From: Octopus bimaculoides
Taxonomy: Eukaryota
DNA: 64,000 nucleotides
Assembly (NCBI RefSeq): GCF_001194135.2
Contig: NC_068993.1
Span: forward strand, 61,332,793-61,396,792
Direction of reading: 5' to 3'
Shown here: piece by piece, positions 1 to 11,847 of the stretch
Layout: the number at the start of each line of letters is the position of its first letter
Position numbering within the stretch: position 1 is the first letter of the stretch
Notes under the pieces: generated by a model
Seen by the model: the letters and a program-made list of their open reading frames with translations, nothing else
What the model was told of the DNA's origin: nothing
The model's database searches: none
Program-made: the position numbers and the translations under genes

Positions 1-226
1 CTGGCTGAAACCGCTTCTGGCTGAAACCGCTTCTGGCTCTTTGGCACAAATGTCTTTTTTTCATAAGTTCTGAATTAAAATCTTCCACCAAACCTTAGTC
101 ACAATTTGTGTTCCTAACACCAGCTTAATGATAACTAAGTTATTTAACTAAATTCTTTGTTATATTTAAAATTAATTGAAAGAAACACAGAGCAGCTCAA
201 TAGAAATATGATAACAAAAGGGTTAA
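1..226. mobile_element. piggyBac-like MITE (family P), left end outside window
   Basis: Ends in AGGGTTAA (219-226). Body aligns by eye with 55779-56431 and, inverted, with 19636-19800. TTAA-CCCT termini are typical of piggyBac. Starts with a 16-bp tandem CTGGCTGAAACCGCTT x2.4. Confidence 0.6.
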
Positions 227-288
227 AACTTTTTCCAACCTTGTGTGTGTAGGTATGTATGTGTGTGTGTATATATAAATATATACAC

Positions 289-452
289 ACATTGATCCCA
301 GTACGCAACTGGTACTTAATTTATCGACCCAGAAAGGATGAAAGGCAAAGTCGATCTTGGCGGAATTTGAACCCAGAACATCAAAGATGGAAGAAATAAC
401 CATAAAGCATTTTGTCCAATGTGCTAACGATTCTGCTAATTTGCCACCCTAA
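289..452 (-). mobile_element. SINE family B copy
   Basis: Reverse complement of the B consensus GGCGGTGAGCTGGCAGAATCGTTAGC...GTTCAAATTCCGCCGAGGTCGACTTTGCCTTTCATCCTTTC seen at 2580. Confidence 0.8.
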
Positions 453-986
453 CGCCAATAACGATGTTGCTGCTGGCGATGATGATATACATTTTTAATA
501 AGGGTGTATTAAAGTGACATACACACTACGCGAATACAAATTTCTACATACATACACACTTACATACATATATATACACACACACACACACCAAATAATT
601 CCATTTCCATAAAACGCTAAGGGTTTGTCTTGGTTTAAACAAAAGAGTCTTGCAACTTTGTTAGTGAAAAACTTGAATTCTGCAAAGAAAAAAAAACGAA
701 AATTCAATAAACTCGGAAGAAAACACAAACACACGATCACATACACCTACATACATACATACATGCATACCTATACACACACACACACATATACGCAAAC
801 TTCAGGAAAGGTATTATGTGCATATTCTAACGAAGTATGTATATGAATTGAATAGTGGGCGAGTATGCGAATGTTTATATAAAAAGTTTGGGTGTATGTA
901 ATGGAGGAAGAGTAAATGAGGATAATAAAAGGAGTGTGTGCGTGCGCACGTGTGTTTATACATGTTTGTATGTGTGTACCTCTCTA

Positions 987-1027
<41 letters not shown>

Positions 1028-1412
1028 GCATGTGCGTGTGTGTCTATATGTATGTATGTATGGTATATGTATGAATGTATCGAGAGAATGATATATGTCT
1101 AACTCTCTCTCTCTCTCCACACATTCGCATATGTATGTATGTACTAATGAGTGCCTGTTGCTGGCCCCAAAACAAACTGCTTCTTTCCTACACTTGAAGA
1201 AAGAGAGTCGGAGGAGGGGGTGGGGGAGAAAGGTAAAGCAAAAATTAATATGAGAAAACTGCAACACGAACAAGCAAGGAAAGACTAACAAGCAAAATAC
1301 ACCAACTGCGAACTTGGCAGCCCGCGTTACACGTGAGGAACTAGTGTTTTTTGGAGTTTGAGTTAAACTTTGTTGACGAGTGAAGGAGGGTGGTCGTAGT
1401 TGGAGGTTGAGG

Positions 1413-1443
<31 letters not shown>

Positions 1444-1883
1444 ATTAAAGGTAGAGTAATGGTGTAGGGTATGTTGCGATGCCTGAGGGCAATGAGGAGG
1501 AACGAAACATCAATAATAAGGAGAAAGGTAGAAAAGAAATAAATTGTAGAATAGGTATGTAACAAGTGAGATGAAACAAGCAGATAATTTGTGGATGTAT
1601 TGAAATGAATTGACGGAAGATAGTCTATATTTCTTACAGATTTTATTCAATTGTTACGTAATTACATAACTACAATAATTTGTAGAAAATTTGAAGAAGG
1701 TAAAGCGTTCGAGTCTCACGCGAAATAAGTTTATTAGCGTGCGTGCGTGCGTGTGAAAACAGCAAAATTACTGTGTAGTTTGGAGCCGTTTTAGTTGTAT
1801 TTTAGGCTTCTGGACAGATCAGTGCACTGGGCCCTATAGTATCTATTTATTGAGGGCAAGCTACTGCATACATAAATCAAAAT

Positions 1884-1949
1884 TGGGCCCCTATACTTGT
1901 GAGGCATGCGGGCAACTGCCCAATGTACCCATGCCTTAAGACGGCACTG
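1884..1949 (-). mobile_element. possible DNA transposon terminus
   Basis: GC-rich segment reading CAGTGCCGTCTTAAGGCATGGGTACATTGGGCAGTTGCCC on the minus strand, resembling a TIR start; no partner end found. Confidence 0.25.
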
Positions 1950-2061
1950 TTGTAGCTAGCAGATGGAAACTGAGAAAAGGTGACAGAAGAAATTGTCTGG
2001 AGATGACAGAAGAAATGGGGGTGTTGAGGGTGGCGGTTACTGGCATCGTGTATAAATATAA

Positions 2062-2122
<61 letters not shown>

Positions 2123-2349
2123 CCTGTGTAAAAGCCTAGCTACGTCATTGAAATTAGAGCTGAATTTGGTTTATCTATATTAATCTCTGTTAAACCTAAG
2201 ATAACATCGGATTTCTGACAGGTGACAAATTGAACAAATGGATTTTAATGCAGAATTAGAGAACAATTGAACGTGAAGCCACAAGTTTCAATTCTTGGTC
2301 ACGAATTCGTTATATATCTCCTACATAACGAAATAAGAAAAGTTATATT

Positions 2350-3745
2350 TGCCTAAGTAGCGAAACCTTAAATATATGCAGTGTATGCGGAAAAAAACTG
2401 CAAGATGCCCGTGTTTACAGAAAGTTAGGTAAGTGCTATATCTACCACAAGTAACCCCAAAAAGGCAAGATGAGGCAACAAATGAAATTGGCGTTCGATC
2501 AGAGAAGATGGAGATATACGCAATGCAAAAATTTGACAACCTCTTGAGTTTTGGTAATATATTCCGCTGTAGCATTCGAAGGGCGGTGAGCTGGCAGAAT
2601 CGTTAGCACGCCGGACGAAATGCTTAGCGGTATTTCGTCCGCCGTTACGTTCTGACTTCAAATACCGCCGAGGTCGACTTTGCCTTTCTTCCTTTCGGGG
2701 TCGATAAATAAAGTACCAGTTACGCACTGGGGTCGATATAATCGACTTAATCCATTTGTCTGTCCTTGTTTGTCCCCTCTGTGTGTAGCTCCTTGTGGGC
2801 AGTAAAGAAGTAATATTCCGCTGTAGTATTCGACGGAGGAAAAGCTTCTGGTTATTAAGAGAATCGGTCGATGCAGGTTAGCAGATGCGTAAATTCTGGA
2901 AGGAGATACTGGTCTCAGGATGTCGATATGCACATGTTGGCAACGTACGTCAGGTATTGCGAAATGCCAAGTGACGGCTTATGGGGTGTATTTTAGCTTT
3001 TTGACATGCTATCTTCTTTGGTGATGACCAGTTGCTGCTGGATAGTCAAATATTTCCGAAGGTTAGCATTTGTTGGAATTCTTGCTTCACGGTCTACAGA
3101 CGACCCGGGTGGGGGATCTACGCGGGTCTCATAGCGATTGGTGAGCTGTAGGTCTCAATGTGATAGATAATATTGTGTTTAATTGCTCTGTCTCTGAACA
3201 CTGGACGAGCAATGTCTGGGTACTTACAGAGAGTAGCGTTGTACCGTGTAGTTGCTGACTGCAAGTGCCTGGGCTGTTATACCCTGCACAGTGAGGTTGG
3301 TACTAGCATTAATAAACCTGCAGCGTTTAACATTTACTAAAAGACCGAAATGATGAAGGAAATCAACTCCTAAAACAGAAGTCGACAAAAACTTGACAAT
3401 GGCCTAAGTCCACAGTAAGAAACCTTTCACCAAAAGATGGAATCGGAAAATGGTTGACTGCCTTCAGAATTGGAGCGGCTTTTCTGGTAAATGGTGTTAA
3501 GGAAACTGGTATGACGCTAACTTCGGCACATGTGTCGGAAACAGGTGCCCGTAGAAGGGTCGTTAACGAAGGAAAAAAGGATTTTGTTTATGAGAGCCAG
3601 GAGCATTGTCTGGCCTCAATTCCTGTCTGTCTTTTTTCCAGAAAGAGGAGAGTCTTTAGCAACAGAACAGGTTTATATTCTTTGGTGTGGTCTAGATTTA
3701 GAGCGTCGAACAAAATACCTTTTGGTATTATATTGCGGCTTTTTA
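2350..3745 (-). mobile_element. degenerate Ty3/gypsy LTR-retrotransposon pol relic (protease, start of RT, integrase)
   Basis: Minus-strand translation with stops and frameshifts gives protease FVNDPSTG..DTCAEVSVIP (3507-3536), LKAVNHFPIPSFGERFLTVDLG and LGVDFLHHFGLLVNVKR; pre-RT KYPDIARPVF..YHIET..PIAMRP; RT start VKQEFQQMLTFGNI*LSSSNWSSP; integrase ACQKAKIH..FAIPDVRCQHVHIDI (to ~2919) and LLTCIDRFS**PEAFP. No LTRs recognised. Confidence 0.85.
2580..2812 (+). mobile_element. SINE family B with 21-bp TSD, inserted in the gypsy integrase
   Basis: TSD ATATTCCGCTGTAG(C/T)ATTCGA at 2559-2579 and 2813-2833. A-box-like TGGCAGAATCG and B-box-like TTCAAATACC. Tail TGTCCCCTCTGTGTGTAGCTCCTTGTGGGCAGTAAAGAA. 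Confidence 0.9.
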
Positions 3746-4604
3746 CGTAATGCGTTCAAATCCTAGCGAGGTCAACCTTGCATTTCATCCTTTTGTGGGA
3801 AGATGAGAGTCAATAAAATAATAATAATAATAAAAAAAACGAATCAATCACTTGTGTCAATGTTATCGATTAAACCCCTCTCCTTAAACCCCTTGGCTTT
3901 GTACGTAATTGTGTGTTAATCTGTTTAATCTGGGCGCCGTTTTGTTTTTGGTTGGGGGGGGGGATCCAAGAAGTTCAACTGCAGTTTCCATCAACGAAAC
4001 AGGCAGTGAAAAACTTCAGTGTCGTCTTTCTTTAGTGCCCAAAGCATAATTTGCTATTAATAGTTAATCCAGTCCTGGTTCTAGCCGTGACCTTCCCATC
4101 ATTTATTCAGCCAGAGTATATATATATCTAAGACTACCATTACTGAATGCCTCCTTTTTAAACGACCAACAGAGAATAATTTGCATCTACTTACTCGCAG
4201 GCCGAGTAACAATTTAGAGGCTCTTCGCTTATAATTTAGCAAGTACTTCTGGAAGGTCGAAGATAACCCCCCCTCTCTCTCTCTCTTTGTTTTGTCTGTT
4301 GTTAGCGGAGTGTAATGCACGATGCTCGTGACCAGAGGTGAAAAGAGGAATGGGAAGAGTAGAATGTGTAAGAAGGAAGTTGAAGAATGGGAGGGGTGGC
4401 GACTGAACTGAGCAAAAGGGACAGTAAGAAGACGACGAGTTGCGTTGTATGTGCGGAGATTGTATTGCTGTGGAAGTAAAGGTGACTGCATCGCCACCTC
4501 AATCACTTACCTCGAACTAAATGCACTTGATAGACCTATCGTCACTCGTTTTTTTTCTTCCTTTCAGAGACCCCTGCACTAAACACTATGTCCTATTAGT
4601 AAAG

Positions 4605-4640
4605 AGATAGATAGATAAATAGATAGATAGATAGACAGAC

Positions 4641-4700
<60 letters not shown>
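4605..4700. repeat. (AGAT)n microsatellite
   Basis: Direct reading; further (AGAT)n arrays at ~6745-6807 and 6837-6945, and (ATA)n at 4935-4990. Confidence 0.95.
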
Positions 4701-4701
<1 letters not shown>

Positions 4702-4900
4702 CATTTCTTTTATTAGCCACACAGGGCTTTACACAGAGGGAACAAATACAATGTAGAGCTTTTCTTTTTGGGAGGGAGAAGGAGAGAAAAAAAGGGGGAG
4801 GGTCGTAGGAAAGAAAAAAGTGGGGAGTTCGATCAAAAGGGATCGAGAAAAAAAAACATCAATAGGGATCGTGTATCAGTAGGGATCGTGTAGCGAGATA
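4701..4900 (-). mobile_element. non-LTR retroelement 3' end embedded in AGAT/AGAC repeats
   Basis: Minus strand reads TTCCCTCTGTGTAAAGCCCTGTGTGGCTAATAAAAGAAATG followed by (TATC)n, similar to the tail of the B copy at 2770-2810; the same terminal 18-mer abuts (AGAT)n again at ~6809-6826. Confidence 0.45.
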
Positions 4901-4933
4901 GGTAGATTGATGTACAGACAGACAGACAGATAG

Positions 4934-4993
<60 letters not shown>

Positions 4994-6140
4994 CCTGTGG
5001 TAAAGTATCGTTTTTGATACGTCACCTACTTCTATTTTTGCTTTTTACACTTTCGATCTTATCCACTAAACAATAAGTCGCTGCTACAGGTAAAAAAAAA
5101 CGAGCCAACATAAGAGTCACTAGGTGAGGGCATGGTGGGAAAACCCCCCTTCGCTCGCAGGTGGAATTTCGTTTGTATTCAAATTCGAAACTGCCTGTTG
5201 ATAAAGTTCTCTGAAAACCCATATGAAAGAAGAAGAAAAATATGATGTAGGAAGGAAATATGATGTAGCGAGGAAACTGAAAATCGGATGGTTTACAAAC
5301 TTGTCTTTTTTTTCGGGTTAGATTCGAGGATGACTTGAAAGTTTCATAATCAGAAATGCAGTGAACCAGTGAGTAAATCATTCGTCCGTTAGATTTAGGA
5401 ACAATTTGTTGTATAATATAAAAGAAGTACCAGGTAGAGAAAAAGAAGAAAACAAGTTCGAAGCGCGGGGGTGGGGGAAACAGTTGTAGCGTGAGTAGAA
5501 GATGCGTGAGAAAAGTATAAGGTTTACTACGTAATACCCAAAGTAGAAAGAGAGAGAGAGAGAAAGAGAAGGTAGGAAAGGAGAAAAAGAAAGAGAGAGG
5601 GTATAAGTAAGGAGAGAAGTTACAAAACTAATTAAAAGAAAAACTACGATGAGGGCGACGAGAAAGAAGGAAAAAAATACGAGGAGTTATAGGCGAGGTG
5701 GGGGTAGAGAAAATAAGAATAGAGAGAGTAATTGGGGAAGAGTGGAGTATAGTATGGTTTGTTTGAGAGTGAAGGTGAGTAAGGTAGTGTCTGAGTGTGA
5801 GTGTAAGTAAAGCGTTAAAATAAAAGGTTACCTTTTCAGTGAATTTAAGTGGTTGTAAGAATAGATGTGATGGGTGGAGGACAGACGAAATGGAAACGGT
5901 CTGAGAGTTTGGTAGAGGGAGTTGAGGTGGAATGGAGAAGAACCTTCGAAAAGGAATGAGTAAATGCAAAAACTAGAAGAGTTGAGGAAAAAAAAAAAAA
6001 AGAAAAAAAAAGAGAAAGATATATAAATAAAGTAAAGGGTAGAGGGTTGAGGAAGGAAAAAATGAAAGTGAAGAGTACCAAGGAATATCCATCTATTTAC
6101 AGTTCTGGTGATGCAAACAGGAAGAACAGAACTCAAAACA

Positions 6141-6207
<67 letters not shown>

Positions 6208-6744
6208 CAGAAGCAACAGAGTGACTCAAGGGGCGAGAGTTTCATGCGTTTGCACTAAAACTTATCTATCGATCTGTCTGGTGTGTGCGTGGCTATACGT
6301 GCCTGTATTTATGTATGCGTATTCATGCGTGCGCACAAAAAAGGATAATGTAATAATATATTTTGGTAGTAACTATTAGATTTATTGAAGTGGTGGTGGT
6401 AGCAGCAGCAGTAGCAGTAGTAGTAGTTGAAGGAGAAGAAGAAAAGAATAGTAGCTTTAATGTTCAACTATAACTACTACTATTACTACTGTTGCTGGTA
6501 ATGGTGGTGGTGGTGGTAGGGGTGGCGGTGTTGACTGTTAAGGTAGAAGAGATAAATACATAGTTACATACAGACAGGTGACAGACAGAAGTGAGAGAGA
6601 GGGGGAGAGGGCGAGAGAGGGGAGACGATCTGCCTTTTCACTCCATCACTTTTAATACAGAAGCGCGAAAAGTATTGGAGGCGAAGTGTTGATGTTTTTG
6701 GATGAGGAAGGAAATAGGTAGATAGATGGGTGGGTATATAGACC

Positions 6745-6808
<64 letters not shown>

Positions 6809-6836
6809 CATTTCTTTTATTAGCCANNNNNNNNNN

Positions 6837-6908
<72 letters not shown>

Positions 6909-7127
6909 ATAGATGGATAGATAGATGGATGGATGGATAGATGAACGAGATCGATTGCTAAGTTAAATCTGAAAGAAGATGTTGTTCGATAGGATGAGGA
7001 TTGACAAAGGTGAGAAGGAGGTAGAGGAGCGCTTGCGCTTTGCTAACAAACGAGGCGGATTAGGGAGAGACAGAAAGATTAAAGGGGGATTCTAAGACTT
7101 TGAAGTAAACGAGTGAATGATGTTGTT

Positions 7128-7162
<35 letters not shown>

Positions 7163-7379
7163 CGTGTGCGTGTGTGTGTGTGCGCGTGCGTGTACTTGTG
7201 TATTATTTTCTTTCTCTTTTCCTTTTCAATTACAGTATTCACCCTTACTACCTTGCCTCTCTGTTTTAAAGCAGTTTTATAACCTCAATGTCATTTCCCT
7301 TGGTTTTTTCCCCCTCACACAGGTGCTGTACAAACTGAAGGAAATCTAGACGGAAGACAAATTATTTTAATACATATAG

Positions 7380-7980
7380 AATATACTATAGTTGATGTTT
7401 TGCCAAGTGAGATCAACCTCTCTCTCTTTGTATATCAGGGAACGCATTGTCCAATGGGTCCTTTTTTTGAAGCTGGTGAGATGAATGATTTGAATAACAT
7501 TTTGCAGGTTATTTTAAGCTTTGCTGAAAGATTTTCGGCCATAATCATCCGTCTTTTTGTACATCAGGAACTACATTCTTTAATATGGTTTGATTCCAGT
7601 GAACTTTGGTTGCTACTTTTAGCAGATCGACCTTCTATGCATCCTATGCTGCACATTTCTAGTTCTACAGTTAATGCCAGGGCTAATCCTACATACCATG
7701 CAGTTATCATTGGTGCATATAGTATTTTCAAAGGGGGTGTGTCCTACATAGTTGTGATCTGATGGAGCTCCCTGGCTTTTCAACAATCTTAATGTTAAGT
7801 TTGGTCTCCTTCAGAGCTTTCCTAAATCTACGGACTAGTTCTCCATTGGCTATGATCTCTACAAACATCACTCCGTGATATTTATCGGTTTTATACCACG
7901 TGTTCATCCTGTTTGCTTTGTCACAAGTTCTTTGTATCCTCTTCCAGTCTTTGTTTCTATATCTAGGGAAGGTACCACTG
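7380..7980 (-). mobile_element. Penelope-like element relic: RT-endonuclease linker and Cys cluster
   Basis: Translation from 7979: FPRYRNKDWKRIQRTCDKANRMNTWYKTDKYHGVMFVEIIANGELVRRFRKALKETKLNIKIVEKPGSSIRSQLCRTHP/FENTICTNDNCMVCRISPGINCRTRNVQ, matching the PLE pattern WYK..GY..V.FV...P..EL......IK.VEK.G.S....L..SDPF...C...C..C. The part left of ~7630 is more decayed. Confidence 0.75.
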
Positions 7981-7989
7981 GTATCATTA

Positions 7990-8266
7990 CATTAAATATG
8001 ATGTTATATTGTAAAGACATAAACATGGTATACACAGGGGAGACATCTAGGAGCATTGCGGAACGACTAAATGAACATTTAAGACAATATGACGACAAAA
8101 AACAGTCCTCCACTACCAACATGCCAAGGACCAACATGGAGGCAACCTGGGTCAACTTGACATCCGCATCTTATCCAAGCACCCAAAGGACCCAACACTC
8201 AGACAAACACAGGAGCACGTCCTCATAAATGAAACTTCCCCAATACTAAATAGGAAATATACGTAG
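7990..8266 (+). mobile_element. Penelope-like GIY-YIG endonuclease C-terminus relic
   Basis: LYCKDINMVYTGETSRSIAERLNEHLR (YTGET at 8031), then a frameshift to HQHAKDQHGG..LDIRILSKHPKDPTLRQTQEHVLINETSPILNRKYT* (stop 8264-8266); canonical YIGET.R....R..EH and E...I....P.LN motifs. Confidence 0.85.
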
Positions 8267-8785
8267 CAGATATCATACCCCCACACCCACAGTTTACACA
8301 GGTAGAGTAGAATAGTTAGTGGGCTGTTATGTAGATGTATGTATGTATGTGTGTGTGTGTGTATGTATATGTGTATACACATGTATGTAAGCATATGGAT
8401 CTATCTATCTATCTACCTGCCTGTCTCTACATACACGCGTAAACACATACAAATGTAAGTATGAATGTATGTATGTATGTATGTATGTATGTATGCATGT
8501 ATGTATGTATGTATGTATGTATGTATGTATGTATGTATGTATGCTGTACATTCACTTAAAGAAACAAGGATGAAGAGGAGAATGTTAAAGATAGCATGGT
8601 ATGAAAACAAGGCATTAAAGATACTTCGGGAAAGTAGACATACAGACTGAAACTGTGGAAAAGAGAAAAACGAAGATAGTAAAACAAAGTAAGGGAGAAC
8701 TTGGCGAGCTAAAAAAAAATAGCAGACGACTTTGAGGAGCGTTGGCAGAAATGTTGAAGTTATATGAGAGAGAGGGAGAGAGAGA

Positions 8786-8822
<37 letters not shown>

Positions 8823-10689
8823 GAGAAGAGAGGGAGAGAAAAGAGAGGGAGATGGTAAAATGTTAAAGGATAAAGGCTGAGACGGAAAGGAGTAAAAGAT
8901 GTAAAACCTGTACGTGTGTGTACCTATGTTGTGTGCGATTGTGCNNNNNNNNNNNNNNNNNNNNNNNNNNNNNNNNNNNNNNNNNNNNNNNNNNNNNNNN
9001 NNNNNNNNNNNNNNNNNNNNNNNNNNNNNNNNNNNNNNNNNNNNNNNNNNNNNNNNNNNNNNNNNNNNNNNNNNNNNNNNNNNNNNNNNNNNNNNNNNNN
9101 NNNNNNNNNNNNNNNNNNNNNNNNNNNNNNNNNNNNNNNNNNNNNNNNNNNNNNNNNNNNNNNNNNNNNNNNNNNNNNNNNNNNNNNNNNNNNNNNNNNN
9201 NNNNNNNNNNNNNNNNNNNNNNNNNNNNNNNNNNNNNNNNNNNNNNNNNNNNNNNNNNNNNNNNNNNNNNNNNNNNNNNNNNNNNNNNNNNNNNNNNNNN
9301 NNNNNNNNNNNNNNNNNNNNNNNNNNNNNNNNNNNNNNNNNNNNNNNNNNNNNNNNNNNNNNNNNNNNNNNNNNNNNNNNNNNNNNNNNNNNNNNNNNNN
9401 NNNNNNNNNNNNNNNNNNNNNNNNNNNNNNNNNNNNNNNNNNNNNNNNNNNNNNNNNNNNNNNNNNNNNNNNNNNNNNNNNNNNNNNNNNNNNNNNNNNN
9501 NNNNNNNNNNNNNNNNNNNNNNNNNNNNCGCACGCACGCACGCACGCACGCACACACACACATACACATACACACCTGGTACCTGCTTCCTTTTCCCTCT
9601 CTCTCTCACTGTCTCTGTATCTGTCTCTCTCTCTCTATATATATATATATTAAAAAAAGGGGACGGCGGGTTTATGGGTAACTTCATTTAGGTATAGAGT
9701 AGATTCGAACCTGAATCGGCAAATTTCCCATATTTCAACAGCACATTTCTCACAGAAAAACAATAGTGACAGCAATTACATTTAACATGTGGCTTTGTCA
9801 CTTGACCCTCCTAACCTCTTCTGGGCCAAGAAAACTTAGAATGGAGATGACAGGTCGACCCCCAACGAAATCTATTGTTCTCTGCAATATACCTGTTTTT
9901 CTAGCTAGTTTTGTATAGTTATAAATACTAGAACTCCGTAAAACAAAGTCATAAAAAACAACAAAAAACAGCAAAAAAGGGTATTATAAAAAATTTAAAA
10001 AAGGGGAAAAAAACCGGCGGGTCGAACGCGAACCTGAAAAATATATCATCATATAATTTTAAAATTCATTTCGATTTCAGTGTACTATGTAAATTCATCC
10101 GATTTCATTATATTCGATTTTTAAACTAAGTCCCTAAATGTTTTTGTTGTGCCCTTGTGTTGTCCCCTCTGTGTCATGGTCTGTGTGCCAAATTGATATC
10201 TATACACAGTTGATGTATAGATATCAAAAGTAAATCCATGATAAATTAAACTAATCTAAATTAAATCAATTATGGATCACAATTACGTAATTATACATTT
10301 AATACTTGTCTTAACGAAACAGCTGTTGAGCACAGTTTAAATATGGACTGTATGTGAGATTTCTACTTTACTCTTCCCATGTTATACTTGTGCGTGTATG
10401 TATGTTATACATATACACATACATATGTATGTGTGTATAAATAGATTCCTCTGATTTGCAAACAGAAGGAAGTGGATTTTTTTTTGTGTGTCATAGTTAG
10501 AAGAGTCGGGCATCGACCATGACCTTCCCGGAGGACCTCGAAGACTGGTGGAGCGAAGGGACAAACATATATCCTCATACTGAAGACTCTGCTTCAATGC
10601 ATGTAACGGGGTGGACTCTGCAAAAATATCTGAGGACCAAATGCTGATGTTAAACAGTGCGGCGGATAAACGTGTAGATATAGGTGGAG

Positions 10690-10707
10690 AGAGGGAAAGA
10701 GAAAGAC

Positions 10708-10747
<40 letters not shown>

Positions 10748-11255
10748 AGAAAGAAATGCAGTGTAGGAGCTGAAGGTAGAGGTAAATGAAAGGAAAGTAT
10801 AAGCGCGTGGTTTGAGTTATAGAAACTGAGAGTGTAAAAAGAGTGAGTGAGCTTGAGTTAAAGACTAAATATAGATAAGAAGAGAGATAGAGAGTAAAGA
10901 TATTGATAGAGTGGGGGTTTGTAGAGGATGAGAGGAAGAAAGAGAATTAAGATAGATAGAGAGAAAGTTGGAGAGAGAGAGAAAAGAGAGAGAGAGAGAT
11001 AGTGAGTTTAAGAACTAGTAGGGTAAAGCAATGAATACAGGGTGGACGGTATGAAGAGAATAACAGAAAAAGAATGATATAGAGAGGGGAAGAGTATAAA
11101 TAGATGCGAGAGAGAGAGAGAGAGAGAGAGATGGAGACGGAGAAGGGGAAAATAGGAAAAATAAAAAGAGGGAGATGAGAAAGTAGGAAGAGTGAGAGAG
11201 AGATGAGAAGATAGAAAAAGTGAGGAAGAGTGAGAGAGAGAGAGAGAGGGGAGAA

Positions 11256-11297
<42 letters not shown>

Positions 11298-11812
11298 TAG
11301 AAGGCAAAGGGTGATAAATGTCTAGTTAGAGAGAGTGATAAAAAGCAGAGAAAATTGTGTCTGTATGTGATCACTCACTCACTCTCTTTCTTTCTTTCTT
11401 TCTCTCCTCTTACATACGTGCATGTGCGCGCACACACACACAGATACGCAGGTAAACACACATCTACTTCACACACACACACACACACATATATATATTT
11501 ATTTGTATTGATATAGCGTTAGCATGTGCGATGAAGGTATAAATGTAAGCTTTGAGGTAAAGAGAAAAATAACTAGAGAGAGAGAGAGGGAGAGAGAGGG
11601 AGAGAGAGAGAAATTGAGGAGAGTTAGAATGGGTGAGGGGACAGAGAAAGGTATAAAAGTATAGAGAGGGGAAGCTTAGCGGTAAAAGATGAATACCTAG
11701 GTAGAGGATGAGAGGGAGAGAGAGGGAGAAACGTAAGAGAGTTAGAATGAGGTGAAGACAGAGGAAGGTATTATAGAGAGGGAGAACCTTAGAGAAAGAG
11801 GGATACCAAGTG

Positions 11813-11847
<35 letters not shown>

